Source: Candidatus Falkowbacteria bacterium RIFOXYC2_FULL_36_12 (GTDB lineage: Bacteria; Patescibacteriota; Patescibacteriia; UBA11705). Taken from it: a stretch of 64,000 nucleotides of DNA. A model generated the notes under the pieces. That model did not search any database, was not told where the DNA came from, and worked only from the letters and a program-made list of their open reading frames with translations. Made by a program: the position numbers and the translations under genes. Positions 48,073 through 58,571 of this stretch are shown here, in pieces. The DNA lies in assembly GCA_001778235.1 (NCBI GenBank), contig MFGJ01000007.1, positions 264,331-328,330 on the forward strand, given 5' to 3'. Numbering within the stretch: the stretch's first letter is position 1; each line of letters starts with the position of its first letter.

Positions 48073-48634
48073 GTTCTTGTACTTCTTCGGCTTGTCTGTT
48101 GTCTAAAAACTGCTCCAGATTTTCCACAACATGAAGTTTTTCATAATCAGGAAGTTCCTTGACTGAAACAATTCCTAGATATTTTAAAAATTCTGGAGTA
48201 ACACTAAAAAACAATTCAGGTTCTTCACCATCGGCCTGAACTAAACCACGGATTAACAAATTTCTTAAAATTAAACTGCAATTTACTCCTCGAATTTGTT
48301 CAATCACTGGCTTTGAGACTGGCCCGCGGTAAGCGATAATGGTCAAGGTCTCGAGTGAAGGCTGGGTTAATTCTCCGCTTCTATCGTCTTTTAAAAATTG
48401 TTTAATTAAATCAGAATTGTCAGCTGAAGTTGTAAACTGGTATTGGCCTTCGCTTTCAATCAGGACTATTCCCCTACTGGATTCGGAATATTCAACAAAC
48501 AGATTTTTTAATTCTTGTTCAACTGTTTCAAATTTTAATTCTGGTTGGGATTTTTTTAAAACATTAAAAATCGATCTTGAAGCAAGAGGCTTGATTGAAG
48601 CAAATAATAAACTTTCAATTTGAGAACGCAACAT
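48062..48634 (-). CDS. scpB: segregation and condensation protein B
   Basis: Winged-helix N-terminus IESLLFASIKPLASRSIFNVL. Adjacent to scpA. Confidence 0.8.
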   Translation of the reverse strand: MLRSQIESLLFASIKPLASRSIFNVLKKSQPELKFETVEQELKNLFVEYSESSRGIVLIESEGQYQFTTSADNSDLIKQFLKDDRSGELTQPSLETLTIIAYRGPVSKPVIEQIRGVNCSLILRNLLIRGLVQADGEEPELFFSVTPEFLKYLGIVSVKELPDYEKLHVVENLEQFLDNRQAEEVQELKK

Positions 48635-48637
48635 AAA

Positions 48638-49330
48638 TTATTTATTTTTTTCAAAAATTATATCGTCAAACAATTTGCTTTGTCTGACTATTAATTGTTT
48701 TTGTTTTACTAATTCAAGCATGGCGAGAAAACTGACAATAATATCAGATTTTGATTTGGCATCTTTTAATAATTCTTTTAAACTTGATTTTTCGGCGTGG
48801 GAAATAAAAGCTTGGAGATGCAGAATTTTCTGTTGTAGGCTTATGGTTTTGTCGAATAATTTTTGGGGGATTTTTACAAGGGGATCCAGTTTTTTCAAGA
48901 GATACATAAAAGACTGTTTTAAATTCTCTGCCGTAATATTGTCCGAAGGTGAAAATTCGACTGACAAATCTATTGCTGGCTTTATCCTGGAATACAAAAA
49001 CTTTTCTAGCTTAATCATTTCTGCTATTTTTCGGCTAGCATCAAGAAATTCCTTATAAATCTTCAATTGGGCTTCTAAATCATCAAAAATTTCCTCTTCT
49101 TCAAATATTGGCAAAATGGCTTTTGATTTCATTACCAGCAATCGTGCGGCCATGACTAAAAAATCTGATAACTCTTCAGGATCTTTGTCTTGGAGTTGCT
49201 CAAGATGTGAGATGTAACTGTCGGTAACTTGAGCAATGGAGATCTCTGTGATATCCAACTGCTGCTGATCAATTAATTGGAGTAATAAATCAAGCGGGCC
49301 ACTGAATTTTTCTGTTTTTATTTTGAACAT
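48638..49330 (-). CDS. scpA: segregation and condensation protein A
   Basis: The N-terminus FSGPLDLLLQLIDQQQLDITEISIAQVTDSY is typical of ScpA. Confidence 0.8.
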   Translation of the reverse strand: MFKIKTEKFSGPLDLLLQLIDQQQLDITEISIAQVTDSYISHLEQLQDKDPEELSDFLVMAARLLVMKSKAILPIFEEEEIFDDLEAQLKIYKEFLDASRKIAEMIKLEKFLYSRIKPAIDLSVEFSPSDNITAENLKQSFMYLLKKLDPLVKIPQKLFDKTISLQQKILHLQAFISHAEKSSLKELLKDAKSKSDIIVSFLAMLELVKQKQLIVRQSKLFDDIIFEKNK

Positions 49331-49335
49331 AATTA

Positions 49336-50763
49336 TTATTCACTAAGCTTCATGCCACGACTCTTGCTCTCTTCCCAGCCAGCAGAAGTAATGCGAATAA
49401 ATTCAGCATTTATCTGCATTTCTCGAATATTTCTAGCACCGCAGTAGCTAATACCGCTTCGCAACCCCTTGATCATGGACTGAATAATGTCACTAACAGG
49501 ACCCTTGTATTCAACTAAATTGCTAACTCCCTCGACATGAATATCTAATTTTTGTTTGTAACGCTTGCCATCAAGGTTTTCTTTTCGTTCATGATTGTTT
49601 TCATAAGAAGCACTGCCCATGTATCTTTTATATCGACGGCCATCCTTAAACATAATTATACCAGGAGATTCAGTAGTACCAGAAAAAATACTGCCACAGT
49701 AACCAGTACTTGCACCAGCAGCAATAGCCTTGGATAAATCACCAGAATATTTTATTCCACCATCAGCGCTAACAGGAATATTATATTCCTTGGCGACCCT
49801 TACAACATCCATGATGGCAGTCAACTGCGGAACTCCACTGCCAGAAATTATTCGTGTAGTACAAACAGGAGAAGGACCAATGCCAACTTTTAATCCATCT
49901 GCGCCAGCTAAAATCAAATCTTTGGCTGCGTCTGCAGTTGCAATATTACCGGCTACAACATCAATAGGAAAATTGGACTTTAATTCTTTTAATTTCTCAA
50001 TTGTTAAATCAGAATGGGCGTGCGCAATATCAAGGACAAGAACATCAACGCCAGCATTGACCAAGGCTCGAGCACGCTCAAGACAATCTTTTACGCCTAC
50101 GGCTGCGCCAACCATTAAACGGCCAAGGGAATCACGGCTAGAACTTGGCCAAGCTTCATGTTTCTTTATATCAATGGTTGTAATCAGTCCTTTGAGTTGA
50201 TTGTTTTCAAGTAATGGTAATTTTTCCACTCGATTTTTCTTCAAAATTTCTTTGGCATCTTCGAAACTGATGCCATATTCTGCGGTGATTAATCTTTCCC
50301 TCGGTGTCATCATGCTAGAAACAAGTTTCTGCATGTTAGTTTCAAATTGGTAATCCCGAGCAGTCAAAATTCCAATAACTTCGATGCCATCAACGACGAT
50401 CAAACTGGTTATATTGTGAGTACTCATTATGCCAAGCGCTGACTGCAAATCAATATTGGAATTGCAAGTAACTGGGTGATCAACAACAAAGCTGGTACTC
50501 TTTTTAACTTTTTTTACTTCTTCAACTTGCTCCTCAATGGTATTGAATTGGTGGATAATACCAAGACCGCCTTCACGGGCAAGGGAAATAGCCATCTCAT
50601 GTTCGGTAACTGTAGCCATGTTTGAACTGACAAGAGGAATATTCAGAGGAATATTTTTGGTAAAAAATGTCTTGACATCAGCTTCAGAGCGAGAATTAAG
50701 TGGTGTTTTTTTTGGCACGAGTAAAACGTCTGCATAGGTGTAGCCTGTGCGAATTTTTTCCAT
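49336..50763 (-). CDS. guaB: inosine-5'-monophosphate dehydrogenase
   Basis: A CBS pair inserted in a TIM barrel. Active-site loop [11 protein letters not shown] and GSASYE. Confidence 0.9.
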   Translation of the reverse strand: MEKIRTGYTYADVLLVPKKTPLNSRSEADVKTFFTKNIPLNIPLVSSNMATVTEHEMAISLAREGGLGIIHQFNTIEEQVEEVKKVKKSTSFVVDHPVTCNSNIDLQSALGIMSTHNITSLIVVDGIEVIGILTARDYQFETNMQKLVSSMMTPRERLITAEYGISFEDAKEILKKNRVEKLPLLENNQLKGLITTIDIKKHEAWPSSSRDSLGRLMVGAAVGVKDCLERARALVNAGVDVLVLDIAHAHSDLTIEKLKELKSNFPIDVVAGNIATADAAKDLILAGADGLKVGIGPSPVCTTRIISGSGVPQLTAIMDVVRVAKEYNIPVSADGGIKYSGDLSKAIAAGASTGYCGSIFSGTTESPGIIMFKDGRRYKRYMGSASYENNHERKENLDGKRYKQKLDIHVEGVSNLVEYKGPVSDIIQSMIKGLRSGISYCGARNIREMQINAEFIRITSAGWEESKSRGMKLSE

Positions 50764-50793
50764 ATAATTTTTATATATAGCAATTTATTTTTC

Positions 50794-51162
50794 TTATTTT
50801 AAAGGTAGCTTTTTTTGCTCCCCCAACAATTTTTGTGTTTGTGTAAAGCCTTTTGCGGTTAATTTTACTTCTTCAATAAACCATTTATGTGGAGTTCGAC
50901 GACCATAGCCAATCAGCAATTCTTTGTTTATCAAGGTTTCAATTGAGCCAGTAATAATCTTCTGTTGAAGATATTTTTTGGCTTTTGAATTATTTTTGTA
51001 AAATTCAATGAATTTATCGCGCTTCAAACGACTGTTCTTGCGGTAATAACATTTTAGTAAAATGTATTTTTGCAATTGAGATAAACGCATATAATTTTTA
51101 GCAACACATAACTTGTCATGATGAGGCTCTCGAAGCATAGACCAAGGATTTACTTCTACCAT
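50794..51162 (-). CDS. hypothetical basic protein
   Basis: 122 aa, Lys/Arg-rich, no recognised motif. Confidence 0.3.
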   Translation of the reverse strand: MVEVNPWSMLREPHHDKLCVAKNYMRLSQLQKYILLKCYYRKNSRLKRDKFIEFYKNNSKAKKYLQQKIITGSIETLINKELLIGYGRRTPHKWFIEEVKLTAKGFTQTQKLLGEQKKLPLK

Positions 51163-51191
51163 TCAAACAGCATCAGGCTGACAACGGAAAA

Positions 51192-52550
51192 TTACTTTTT
51201 CTTTTCACCTTGTAATTTTGATAATGGTAAATCAATTCGTACTTGATCGCGAGGAAGAAAAGTTGCTTGTTTAATATTATTCAATCCAAGTAGGCTCATA
51301 GTCACTCTTTCAAGTCCCATACCGATTCCGCCGTGAGGTGGCATGCCGTATTTGAATGGTATTAGATAAAATTCAAAATCATCAGGATTCAAACCCCATT
51401 TGGTAATGTTGGCTTTTAATTTTTCATAATTATGAATACGCTGTCCGCCAGTAACCATTTCTTGTCCGCGGAATAGTAAATCAAAACTTTTTGTATAGCC
51501 TTTATCTTCTTCGTCTTCGGAAGTGTACATTGGACGCTTGGCAACTGGATAATGAGTGACAAAAAGAAAATCTGAATTCCAAGTTTTCTTGGTATACTCC
51601 CCTATTAATTTCTCCTGATGAGGTTCAAAATCTGGTTCGCCAAGACAATCTTCACCATATTCATCATGAAGAATCTGAAGAGCTTCATTTAACTTCATAT
51701 GTGGAAATTGTTCTGGCATTTCCGGCAAGGTAGCCTGCAAAGTTTTCAATTCTGCAGTATTATTTTCAGCCACTTTGCCAATCATGGCACGAACTGCTCC
51801 TTCGATCATTTGCATGATGTCATGATGGTCATGGATAAAGCCCATTTCAAAATCAAGTGAGGTATATTCGTTAATATGGCGATTGGTATCATGTTCTTCG
51901 GCTCGATAAACCTGCCCAACAGTAAAAGCCCGTTCAAAAACTCCGACTGCCATTTGTTTGTAAAATTGTGGACTCTGGGCGAGATAAGCTTTATAGCCAA
52001 AATAATCCAAAGTAAAAAAGTTTGCTCCACCCTCGGTTGCTCCGGCGACTAATTTGGAACATTGGAACTCGGTAAAATCTTTTTGTTTCATATAGGCACG
52101 AAAACCATCAAGTAATGATTCCTGAACTTTGAAAATAGCTTTTTCATCTTCCCGACGAAGATTTAATGGCAAATAATCAAGTAATGTGTCAGTTTTCAAT
52201 TCTGCATCATTTAAATCATACGGCAAAGTTTCAGCTTCAGCTAAAATTTCAAAACTCTTTGCCAAGACTTCGACTGTACCTGTTGGCAAGTCAGTATTGG
52301 TTTGTTTGGCACCTCGATTATTAATGATTCCTTTGATTGACAAGACAAATTCTGGACGGAGTTTGGTCAGTAACTCTTTGGAAGTTTCATCAAGCTCTGA
52401 TGGCACCATTACAACCTGAAGCACAGCGCTACGATCACGCAAATCAATAAAAACGATCTTGCCCATGTTGCGCCGAGCAGCTACCCAGCCTTCAACAAGA
52501 ACTTCCTCCCCGATTTTTCCCACTGTTTGTAAATTTAGTGTTCGTTCCAT
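51192..52550 (-). CDS. aspS: aspartyl-tRNA synthetase, archaeal/eukaryal-type short form (likely non-discriminating)
   Basis: Class IIb: OB-fold N-terminus, motif 2 YRAEEHDTNRHINEYTSLDFEMGF, motif 3 GGIGMGLERV. The C-terminus ATFLPRD is AspRS-like. Confidence 0.65.
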   Translation of the reverse strand: MERTLNLQTVGKIGEEVLVEGWVAARRNMGKIVFIDLRDRSAVLQVVMVPSELDETSKELLTKLRPEFVLSIKGIINNRGAKQTNTDLPTGTVEVLAKSFEILAEAETLPYDLNDAELKTDTLLDYLPLNLRREDEKAIFKVQESLLDGFRAYMKQKDFTEFQCSKLVAGATEGGANFFTLDYFGYKAYLAQSPQFYKQMAVGVFERAFTVGQVYRAEEHDTNRHINEYTSLDFEMGFIHDHHDIMQMIEGAVRAMIGKVAENNTAELKTLQATLPEMPEQFPHMKLNEALQILHDEYGEDCLGEPDFEPHQEKLIGEYTKKTWNSDFLFVTHYPVAKRPMYTSEDEEDKGYTKSFDLLFRGQEMVTGGQRIHNYEKLKANITKWGLNPDDFEFYLIPFKYGMPPHGGIGMGLERVTMSLLGLNNIKQATFLPRDQVRIDLPLSKLQGEKKK

Positions 52551-52559
52551 ATTTTTAAG

Positions 52560-52684
52560 TCAACATCTTCACTTGTCATCCTGAACTTGTTTCAGGATAT
52601 AATTGAATAGCTGATTTATTTTTCTAAATACCCTGAAATATCTGCCTGTCGGCAGACAGGAATTCAGGGTGACAAAATTATTAT
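52560..52684. repeat. palindromic repeats of the accctgaa/ttcagggtgaca family
   Basis: atcctgaac-ttg-tttcaggat and accctgaaatatctgcctgtcggcagacaggaattcagggtgacaa. Confidence 0.75.
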
Positions 52685-53980
52685 TTAAGGATTTAAACGA
52701 TTTATCATTCTTGGAAATGGAATAGTTTCACGGACATGGTGAATCCCTGCCATCCAACGGGTCAATCGTTCAATCCCCATACCAAATCCGCAATGTGGTA
52801 CGCTACCATATTTTCGTAAATCCAAATACCATTCAAAATCTTCCATTGGTAATTTTGCCTCTACCATTCTTTGTTTCAAAATTTCATAATCGTCCTCTCT
52901 TTGTGACCCACCAACAATCTCACCAAAACCTCGAGCTGCGAGAATGTCGGCATTCAAAACCAGCTCTGGATTTTCAGGATGACGCTTCATGTAGAATGGT
53001 TTGATATCTTTTGGCCAGTTCTTTACAATCACAGGCACCGCAGAATCATTGGTCAATAATTCTTCATCATCCGCTCCAAGATCATCACCGTATTTAATGT
53101 CTGAACCGCGTTTTTGAAGCTCTTCAATGGCCGCGCCGTATTCGTAATGAATAAAAGGCTGATCAACTATGGCTTGGAGTTCTGTGGTATCGCGATCCAA
53201 CATCTTCAATTCTTCCAGACCGTACTCCAAAACATATTTCGCTAAATATTTCACCGCTGCTTCTTGAATTTTCAAACTGTCTTCATGCTCGCAAAAAGCG
53301 ATTTCAGGATTGAGTGACCAGAATTCTGTTAAATGCTTTCTGGTTTTTGATTTTTCCGCTCGAAAATTGGGACAGAGATCATAAACCCTGCCGAATGACA
53401 TGACCAAGGCTTCCAAATACAGCTGTCCGTTTTGAGTTAGATAAGCTTTGCGGTCAAAATATTCCACTTCAAACAAATCCGAAGTCCCCTCACAGCTGGT
53501 TGGCGTAAATGTTGGAGTATCCAATTCCTGGTATCCATTTTGATTAAAAAATTCCTGTAGCCCCATTTTGACCAAATGTCTAATTCTAAGCACTGCCCAC
53601 TGACTCTGGGATCTGAGCCACAAATGTCTGTTGTTGAGCAGAAAATCTGGGCCGTGTTCTTTTTTTCCGATTGGATATTCTTCAGCCAACTGGATGATTT
53701 TAATTGTTTTGACTTGTAATTCAAAAACTTCAGGATTTTTTGGATGCTGTGATACCGTGCTACTAATCTCAACTGAAGATTCAATGGTCAATCTTTCAAT
53801 TTCAAACCAAACATTGTCATCAACCTCATCTTTGCTGGCAACGGCCTGGCAAAAACCAGAGCCATCTCGTAGCTGAAGAAAGGCAATTGAACCTGATGAG
53901 CGGAAATTATAAACCCAACCTTTAAGTGTGATCTCCTGATCTTTGTAATTTTTTAAATCTTTAATATAACAGTTTTGCAT
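52685..53980 (-). CDS. asnS: asparaginyl-tRNA synthetase
   Basis: FRAEKSKTRKHLTEFWSLNPEIAF (AsnRS-specific TEFW..EPE.AF). The C-terminus VRETIPFPR is AsnRS-like. Confidence 0.7.
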   Translation of the reverse strand: MQNCYIKDLKNYKDQEITLKGWVYNFRSSGSIAFLQLRDGSGFCQAVASKDEVDDNVWFEIERLTIESSVEISSTVSQHPKNPEVFELQVKTIKIIQLAEEYPIGKKEHGPDFLLNNRHLWLRSQSQWAVLRIRHLVKMGLQEFFNQNGYQELDTPTFTPTSCEGTSDLFEVEYFDRKAYLTQNGQLYLEALVMSFGRVYDLCPNFRAEKSKTRKHLTEFWSLNPEIAFCEHEDSLKIQEAAVKYLAKYVLEYGLEELKMLDRDTTELQAIVDQPFIHYEYGAAIEELQKRGSDIKYGDDLGADDEELLTNDSAVPVIVKNWPKDIKPFYMKRHPENPELVLNADILAARGFGEIVGGSQREDDYEILKQRMVEAKLPMEDFEWYLDLRKYGSVPHCGFGMGIERLTRWMAGIHHVRETIPFPRMINRLNP

Positions 53981-54119
53981 AAAATTCTAGTTAATTTACA
54001 TACAAAATTATAACTTAATTTGTTTGAATTGTAAAATATTTCTTGACTTTTAAGGTAAATAATTTGATAATATATTATTAATTGCTTTTATTTTGACTTT
54101 TTGATTTAGATAGCATAAA

Positions 54120-55052
54120 TTGAAGAATAAGTTCCTTGACCCAGCGCGGAGGAAGGCCATGAACGGAGAAAAATTTACAACTTTAAAAGTAAGAAAAGTT
54201 AGACCTGATGCAAAAATTCCGATTAGAGCTAGTGATGGAGCGATTGGATATGATGTTTATGCTTCAATTGTCTTTCATTCATATGACAAAAAACAAACAG
54301 CTGAACTTCCTATTGTCATTAACCCAGGGGAAAAAGCTCTTATTGGTATTGGTGTAGCCATGGCAATTCCCTGGCCGTTTCAGGCTGAGGTCAGACCTCG
54401 AAGCGGTATTGCAACTAAATTCAAAGTTCAACTACTTAATTCTCCGGGGACAATTGATCCTGATTTTCGCGGTGAAGCTGGCTGTTTGCTACACAATGTT
54501 GGAGACACGCCATTTACTGTGGAGAAAGATATGCGGATTGCACAACTTATTTTTACTAGAGTAGAAATTCCAGAGATTGTAGAAGTTGACGAATTACTTG
54601 ACACGAAAAGATCTGCTGGCGGATTTGGACATACTGGTTTAATAGGTGAAGGTCTTGGGACGGAACAATATGATAATGAAATTGAAGCAATTGACAGAAC
54701 TTATTTGGAAATTGCCCAAGCAATTGGGAAAAGAACACCTGCCCAACAAGGTTGCGTGATTGTACAAGACGATACGATTATTTCCCAAGGTTATTGTCTC
54801 GTCAACCAAGAAGATGAAGTGCTTATTTCAGCAGAAATGGATGCAGTGTTTCGTTCAGCAAAACTGGGTCATTCGACTAAAAATGCTACCATGTATTTAG
54901 CAACTAAATTGGTTATGGATGTCGACTCAATTATTAAGGCCGGAATCACAACTGTAGTTGTATTTAGCTTTGTGAACACTGGGGAATGGTGTGATCAACT
55001 ACAGAGTAATAATGTTCAGGTAAGATTTGTTAAAAATCTTAAATCAACTTAA
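54120..55052 (+). CDS. dut: dUTPase fused to a dCMP-deaminase-like domain lacking zinc ligands
   Basis: N-terminal half has dUTPase motifs IGYDVYAS, GTIDPDFRGE, RIAQLIF and RSAGGFGHTG. The C-terminal half (GCVIVQDDTIISQGYC...SAEMDAVFRSAKLGHSTKNATMYLATKLVMDVDSIIKAGITTVV) aligns with ComEB-type dCMP deaminase, but HAE is SAE and PCxxC is KLVMD. The start may be the Met at 54159. Confidence 0.7.
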   Translation: MKNKFLDPARRKAMNGEKFTTLKVRKVRPDAKIPIRASDGAIGYDVYASIVFHSYDKKQTAELPIVINPGEKALIGIGVAMAIPWPFQAEVRPRSGIATKFKVQLLNSPGTIDPDFRGEAGCLLHNVGDTPFTVEKDMRIAQLIFTRVEIPEIVEVDELLDTKRSAGGFGHTGLIGEGLGTEQYDNEIEAIDRTYLEIAQAIGKRTPAQQGCVIVQDDTIISQGYCLVNQEDEVLISAEMDAVFRSAKLGHSTKNATMYLATKLVMDVDSIIKAGITTVVVFSFVNTGEWCDQLQSNNVQVRFVKNLKST

Positions 55053-55109
55053 AAATAACGCTAAACAACGTTATTTTTTATTATCCACAACTGACAATAA
55101 AGACAGCGT

Positions 55110-55517
55110 GTGTTAAGATATTGTTGTATGGAAAATAGTCAAACTACAATTGAAGATGTTCTAAATGCTGTAAATACATCCGCGGAGCTAATGCAACAGC
55201 AAATAAATGAAATAAAGAGCACGATGGCAACCAAGGATGATATTGCAAACATGGCAACCAAGGATGATATTGCAAACATGGCGACCAAGGATGATATTGC
55301 AAACATGGCGACCAAAGATGATTTGGCTAATTTGGTGACCAAAGATTATCTTGATGAAAAACTGGCTGATCTGCGAGGTGATTTGGTTGTACTTACCCGC
55401 AAAGAAGACACGAAGCTAAAACGGCTAGTCAATATTATGACTAATAAAAATATGCTTTCCTCTGAAGAAAAAGCAGAAATTTTTGCTTTGGAACCTTTTC
55501 CAGAAACACGGTTGTAA
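55110..55517 (+). CDS. small coiled-coil protein with 4 tandem 8-aa repeats
   Basis: (MATKDDIAN)x4 encoded by perfect 24-bp DNA repeats (55242-55337). The start is probably MENSQT at 55128. Confidence 0.4.
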   Translation: MLRYCCMENSQTTIEDVLNAVNTSAELMQQQINEIKSTMATKDDIANMATKDDIANMATKDDIANMATKDDLANLVTKDYLDEKLADLRGDLVVLTRKEDTKLKRLVNIMTNKNMLSSEEKAEIFALEPFPETRL

Positions 55518-55539
55518 AACTTTATTAAATTATAAATAC

Positions 55540-55612
55540 AAACATGACTCTTACGAGTCAGGTTTTTTTATTATAAAAAAATCGTACATCAGCGTACGAC
55601 TTTTGATTTAGA
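55540..55612. terminator. two hairpins between convergent genes (bidirectional terminator region)
   Basis: gactcttacgagtc followed by ttttttt, and tcgtacatcagcgtacga followed by ttttga. Confidence 0.55.
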
Positions 55613-55640
55613 TTGCTTTCAATAAATACTTTTAGGGATA

Positions 55641-57317
55641 TTAATAATTTCTTTTTGCTTTTAATTTATCAAGCGCCTGACAATATCTCATATATGGTTC
55701 AGTAAACCCACTATCGAGTTCCTCGATCGTAATATCAAAATCCTTTAACAATAAATCAACTGATTCCCGATAATGAGTTAAATTCTTGATATAGACTGTA
55801 AAATTGGAGATGCTCCATACATTTGCGGTAGCTTGATTTATTTGCTTTATTAATCTATCCAAAAAATCAAGGTCGTCTTCTAATTTTAACATAAATGACT
55901 CTACTACTTCTGTTTTACTGACCAAGGCTTTTAAAATTTTTCTTGCATTCTCTTCTTGAAGTGTATATTCTCTCAAACAATTACCAATAAATTCAAACTT
56001 GTCTTGTTTTTCAATGTTGCCAGAATACTTTTTTATATCATCAAGAAGTTCTTTTTGTTCAGATGGTGTCTCGGCTAAATCTATATGACCAATCTCTCCG
56101 TCAGCTTCAAACCTACCAAAACCGTATACTTCCCCCTCATCACGAACGAATCTATTGCCATCACCAATAAAATAACCAAAAATAATACCTGATCTTTTCC
56201 CCCCGATTGTATATGGATACTTTTTATCAACAGGTACAATCAATTTTTGTCTAAGTTCAAAGGAGGGAACTGTTTCACCTGTTTTCAATTTGTAAACTGG
56301 ATATGCTATTGCTTTTCGTAGATCTTTCTTTTTTTGTTCTGCAATCTTTTTAACATCATATCGATTGGCGATAGCACGATAAACAGCCAACTGTGCCTTT
56401 TTACGATTATTGCTGGCTCTAATATACATCAAGTCACGCATAGCTTGCGTATCAAGATCACCTAATTCCTTTTCCTCCTTTTCTTGTTGATAAACTGTTT
56501 CTATTGGTGTAAATTTACCAAGCTCATAATCAAACCAAGAACGACTAACTAAATCTGCAATATCTCGAGCAGAGAAACCAACTGCATACAAACCACTTAT
56601 TGCTTCGAGAGCAGAGAGGACTTCGTCGGCGGAAGATAATTTCATAATTCCACCATAATTTCTCTGCAGAGTTTCTGCGATTGCACGCAAACTATACTTA
56701 CTTCCAACATGGAAATAACCTTCAACATAGGCCTGTGCTTCAGTCAACAATGCTGATGGGAACCTATTTTTTTTATAATGTAAAAAATGTATTAGTTCAT
56801 GTATTAAAGTATAAACGGAGTCTGGCAAAGCTCCATTCCTAATAATATAAACTAACTGTTTACGCAATTCTGGCATTGGAGAACCGATATGGACCTCTTT
56901 CTGTTGTGGTTCATACTGACCTCTAAATTCGATTTTGGGGCCATGGTGCTGAAGATTTAGACCAAACACTTGTTCTGAATCAAAAATAATTTTACCTCCA
57001 ACATTTGGTTGTTGAGTCAAATCTCGCTTCAAAATTTCTATACCAAGCGAATTTAAAGTTTGAAAAAAAGTAGAATTTGCTTCCAGTTGAGTCTTTACCT
57101 CGTCGGCTATTTCGTCTAAAACGGTTTCAGGCATTATTTCTTTGTCAACCAAAATATTATTATAGAGAATAAAATTATATTTTTTTAGTTCCCGATCCAG
57201 TTTTTTTCTCTCGGCTAATAACTCGGTATATCGCTTACCTAAAATAGTTTCCCATTTTTTGGTTGGACTTTTCTCTGTTTCAGGCATTATTTCATTGACA
57301 AAATGTTTTTCCGACAT
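55641..57317 (-). CDS. putative HExxH zinc metallopeptidase (ImmA/IrrE-like motif), large hypothetical protein
   Basis: 558 aa. LIHELIHFLH is HExxHxxH. No signal peptide. No other recognisable domains. Confidence 0.45.
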   Translation of the reverse strand: MSEKHFVNEIMPETEKSPTKKWETILGKRYTELLAERKKLDRELKKYNFILYNNILVDKEIMPETVLDEIADEVKTQLEANSTFFQTLNSLGIEILKRDLTQQPNVGGKIIFDSEQVFGLNLQHHGPKIEFRGQYEPQQKEVHIGSPMPELRKQLVYIIRNGALPDSVYTLIHELIHFLHYKKNRFPSALLTEAQAYVEGYFHVGSKYSLRAIAETLQRNYGGIMKLSSADEVLSALEAISGLYAVGFSARDIADLVSRSWFDYELGKFTPIETVYQQEKEEKELGDLDTQAMRDLMYIRASNNRKKAQLAVYRAIANRYDVKKIAEQKKKDLRKAIAYPVYKLKTGETVPSFELRQKLIVPVDKKYPYTIGGKRSGIIFGYFIGDGNRFVRDEGEVYGFGRFEADGEIGHIDLAETPSEQKELLDDIKKYSGNIEKQDKFEFIGNCLREYTLQEENARKILKALVSKTEVVESFMLKLEDDLDFLDRLIKQINQATANVWSISNFTVYIKNLTHYRESVDLLLKDFDITIEELDSGFTEPYMRYCQALDKLKAKRNY

Positions 57318-57338
57318 AAAATATCTTTATTATCTAAA

Positions 57339-58448
57339 TTACCTAATTGATTTATATCCGCCCTCAACGCCGTTTGGCGATAAGACAATCTGCCAAAGCT
57401 GATTTTTGCGACAACGAAATGAGGCGGCACAACTTAGCAAATAAAATTCCCACATTTTGAAAAACTTTGGTGGATAATTGTCTTTTATTGCATCCCAATT
57501 ATTTGTGAAGTTATTGTACCAAGCCATCAATGTTTTGTCATAATAAATACCAAAATTGTGCCAATCCTCCATAACGAATAAACCTTCGAATGATTTGGCT
57601 AATTGTTTAATCCCAGGAAGCATTGAATTGGGGAAAATATATTTTTCAATCCAAGCATTGGTGCTAGTAACAGATTTATTACCACCAATTGTATGCAAGA
57701 GAAATAAACCATTATCTTTCAGACAACGACTTACCATTTGCATATATGTCCTGTAATTTTTGTAACCAACATGCTCAATCATGCCAAGTGAAATAATGTG
57801 ATCAAATTTTTCATTGACTTCACGATAATCCTGCAGTCTAATTTCAACCGGTAAGCCAGCACAATTTTCCTCGGCTAATTGTTTTTGCTCTTTGGAAATA
57901 GTGATGCCTACAACTTCAGCTCCATATTTTTCAGCTGCAAACTTGGCAAAGCTACCCCAGCCACAACCAATGTCAAGAATTCTGTCTCCGGATTTTAAAT
58001 TTATTTTTTTACAGACTAAGTCTAATTTATTTTCCTGCGCTTGGTCTAAATTGTCTGTGTCTTTCCAATAACCACAGGTGTAAACCATGCTTTGGCCCAA
58101 CATACGATGATACAAATCATTACCAATATCATAGTGATGCTCACCTACCTTGAGAGAACGAGCCTGGGTCTGTAGATTCATAACAAATGATTTTACCACA
58201 GGAAAAATAAATTTCCATGGTTGAATTTTTTTGTCTAAATTAGAGGACAAAAGCTTTGTCAGTAATTGATCAAGTTGCCCAGAGCTCCACCAACCGTCCA
58301 TATAGGCTTCACCAAAGCCCAATGAACCCCTAGATAAAACTCGGTCATATAAACGAGTATCTAAAACCTGGAGATCAAATGGACGGGAGCCATTTATTTC
58401 AATGTCAGCATGATTTAATAATTGTGCGATTTTTTCTTGAGTGGTCAT
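57339..58448 (-). CDS. cfa: cyclopropane-fatty-acyl-phospholipid synthase family SAM methyltransferase
   Basis: VLDIGCGWGSFA SAM motif I. CMAS-family layout and length. Confidence 0.8.
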   Translation of the reverse strand: MTTQEKIAQLLNHADIEINGSRPFDLQVLDTRLYDRVLSRGSLGFGEAYMDGWWSSGQLDQLLTKLLSSNLDKKIQPWKFIFPVVKSFVMNLQTQARSLKVGEHHYDIGNDLYHRMLGQSMVYTCGYWKDTDNLDQAQENKLDLVCKKINLKSGDRILDIGCGWGSFAKFAAEKYGAEVVGITISKEQKQLAEENCAGLPVEIRLQDYREVNEKFDHIISLGMIEHVGYKNYRTYMQMVSRCLKDNGLFLLHTIGGNKSVTSTNAWIEKYIFPNSMLPGIKQLAKSFEGLFVMEDWHNFGIYYDKTLMAWYNNFTNNWDAIKDNYPPKFFKMWEFYLLSCAASFRCRKNQLWQIVLSPNGVEGGYKSIR

Positions 58449-58571
58449 ATAATTTATTTAATTCCATACTACCAGTTTATCTAATTTTTGCCAAAAAGAC
58501 AAAAGTATGGGATGATTGCAGGTCAAATCGATTAATTAGACGATTCAACTACTTTGATAAATGCCTAAAAA

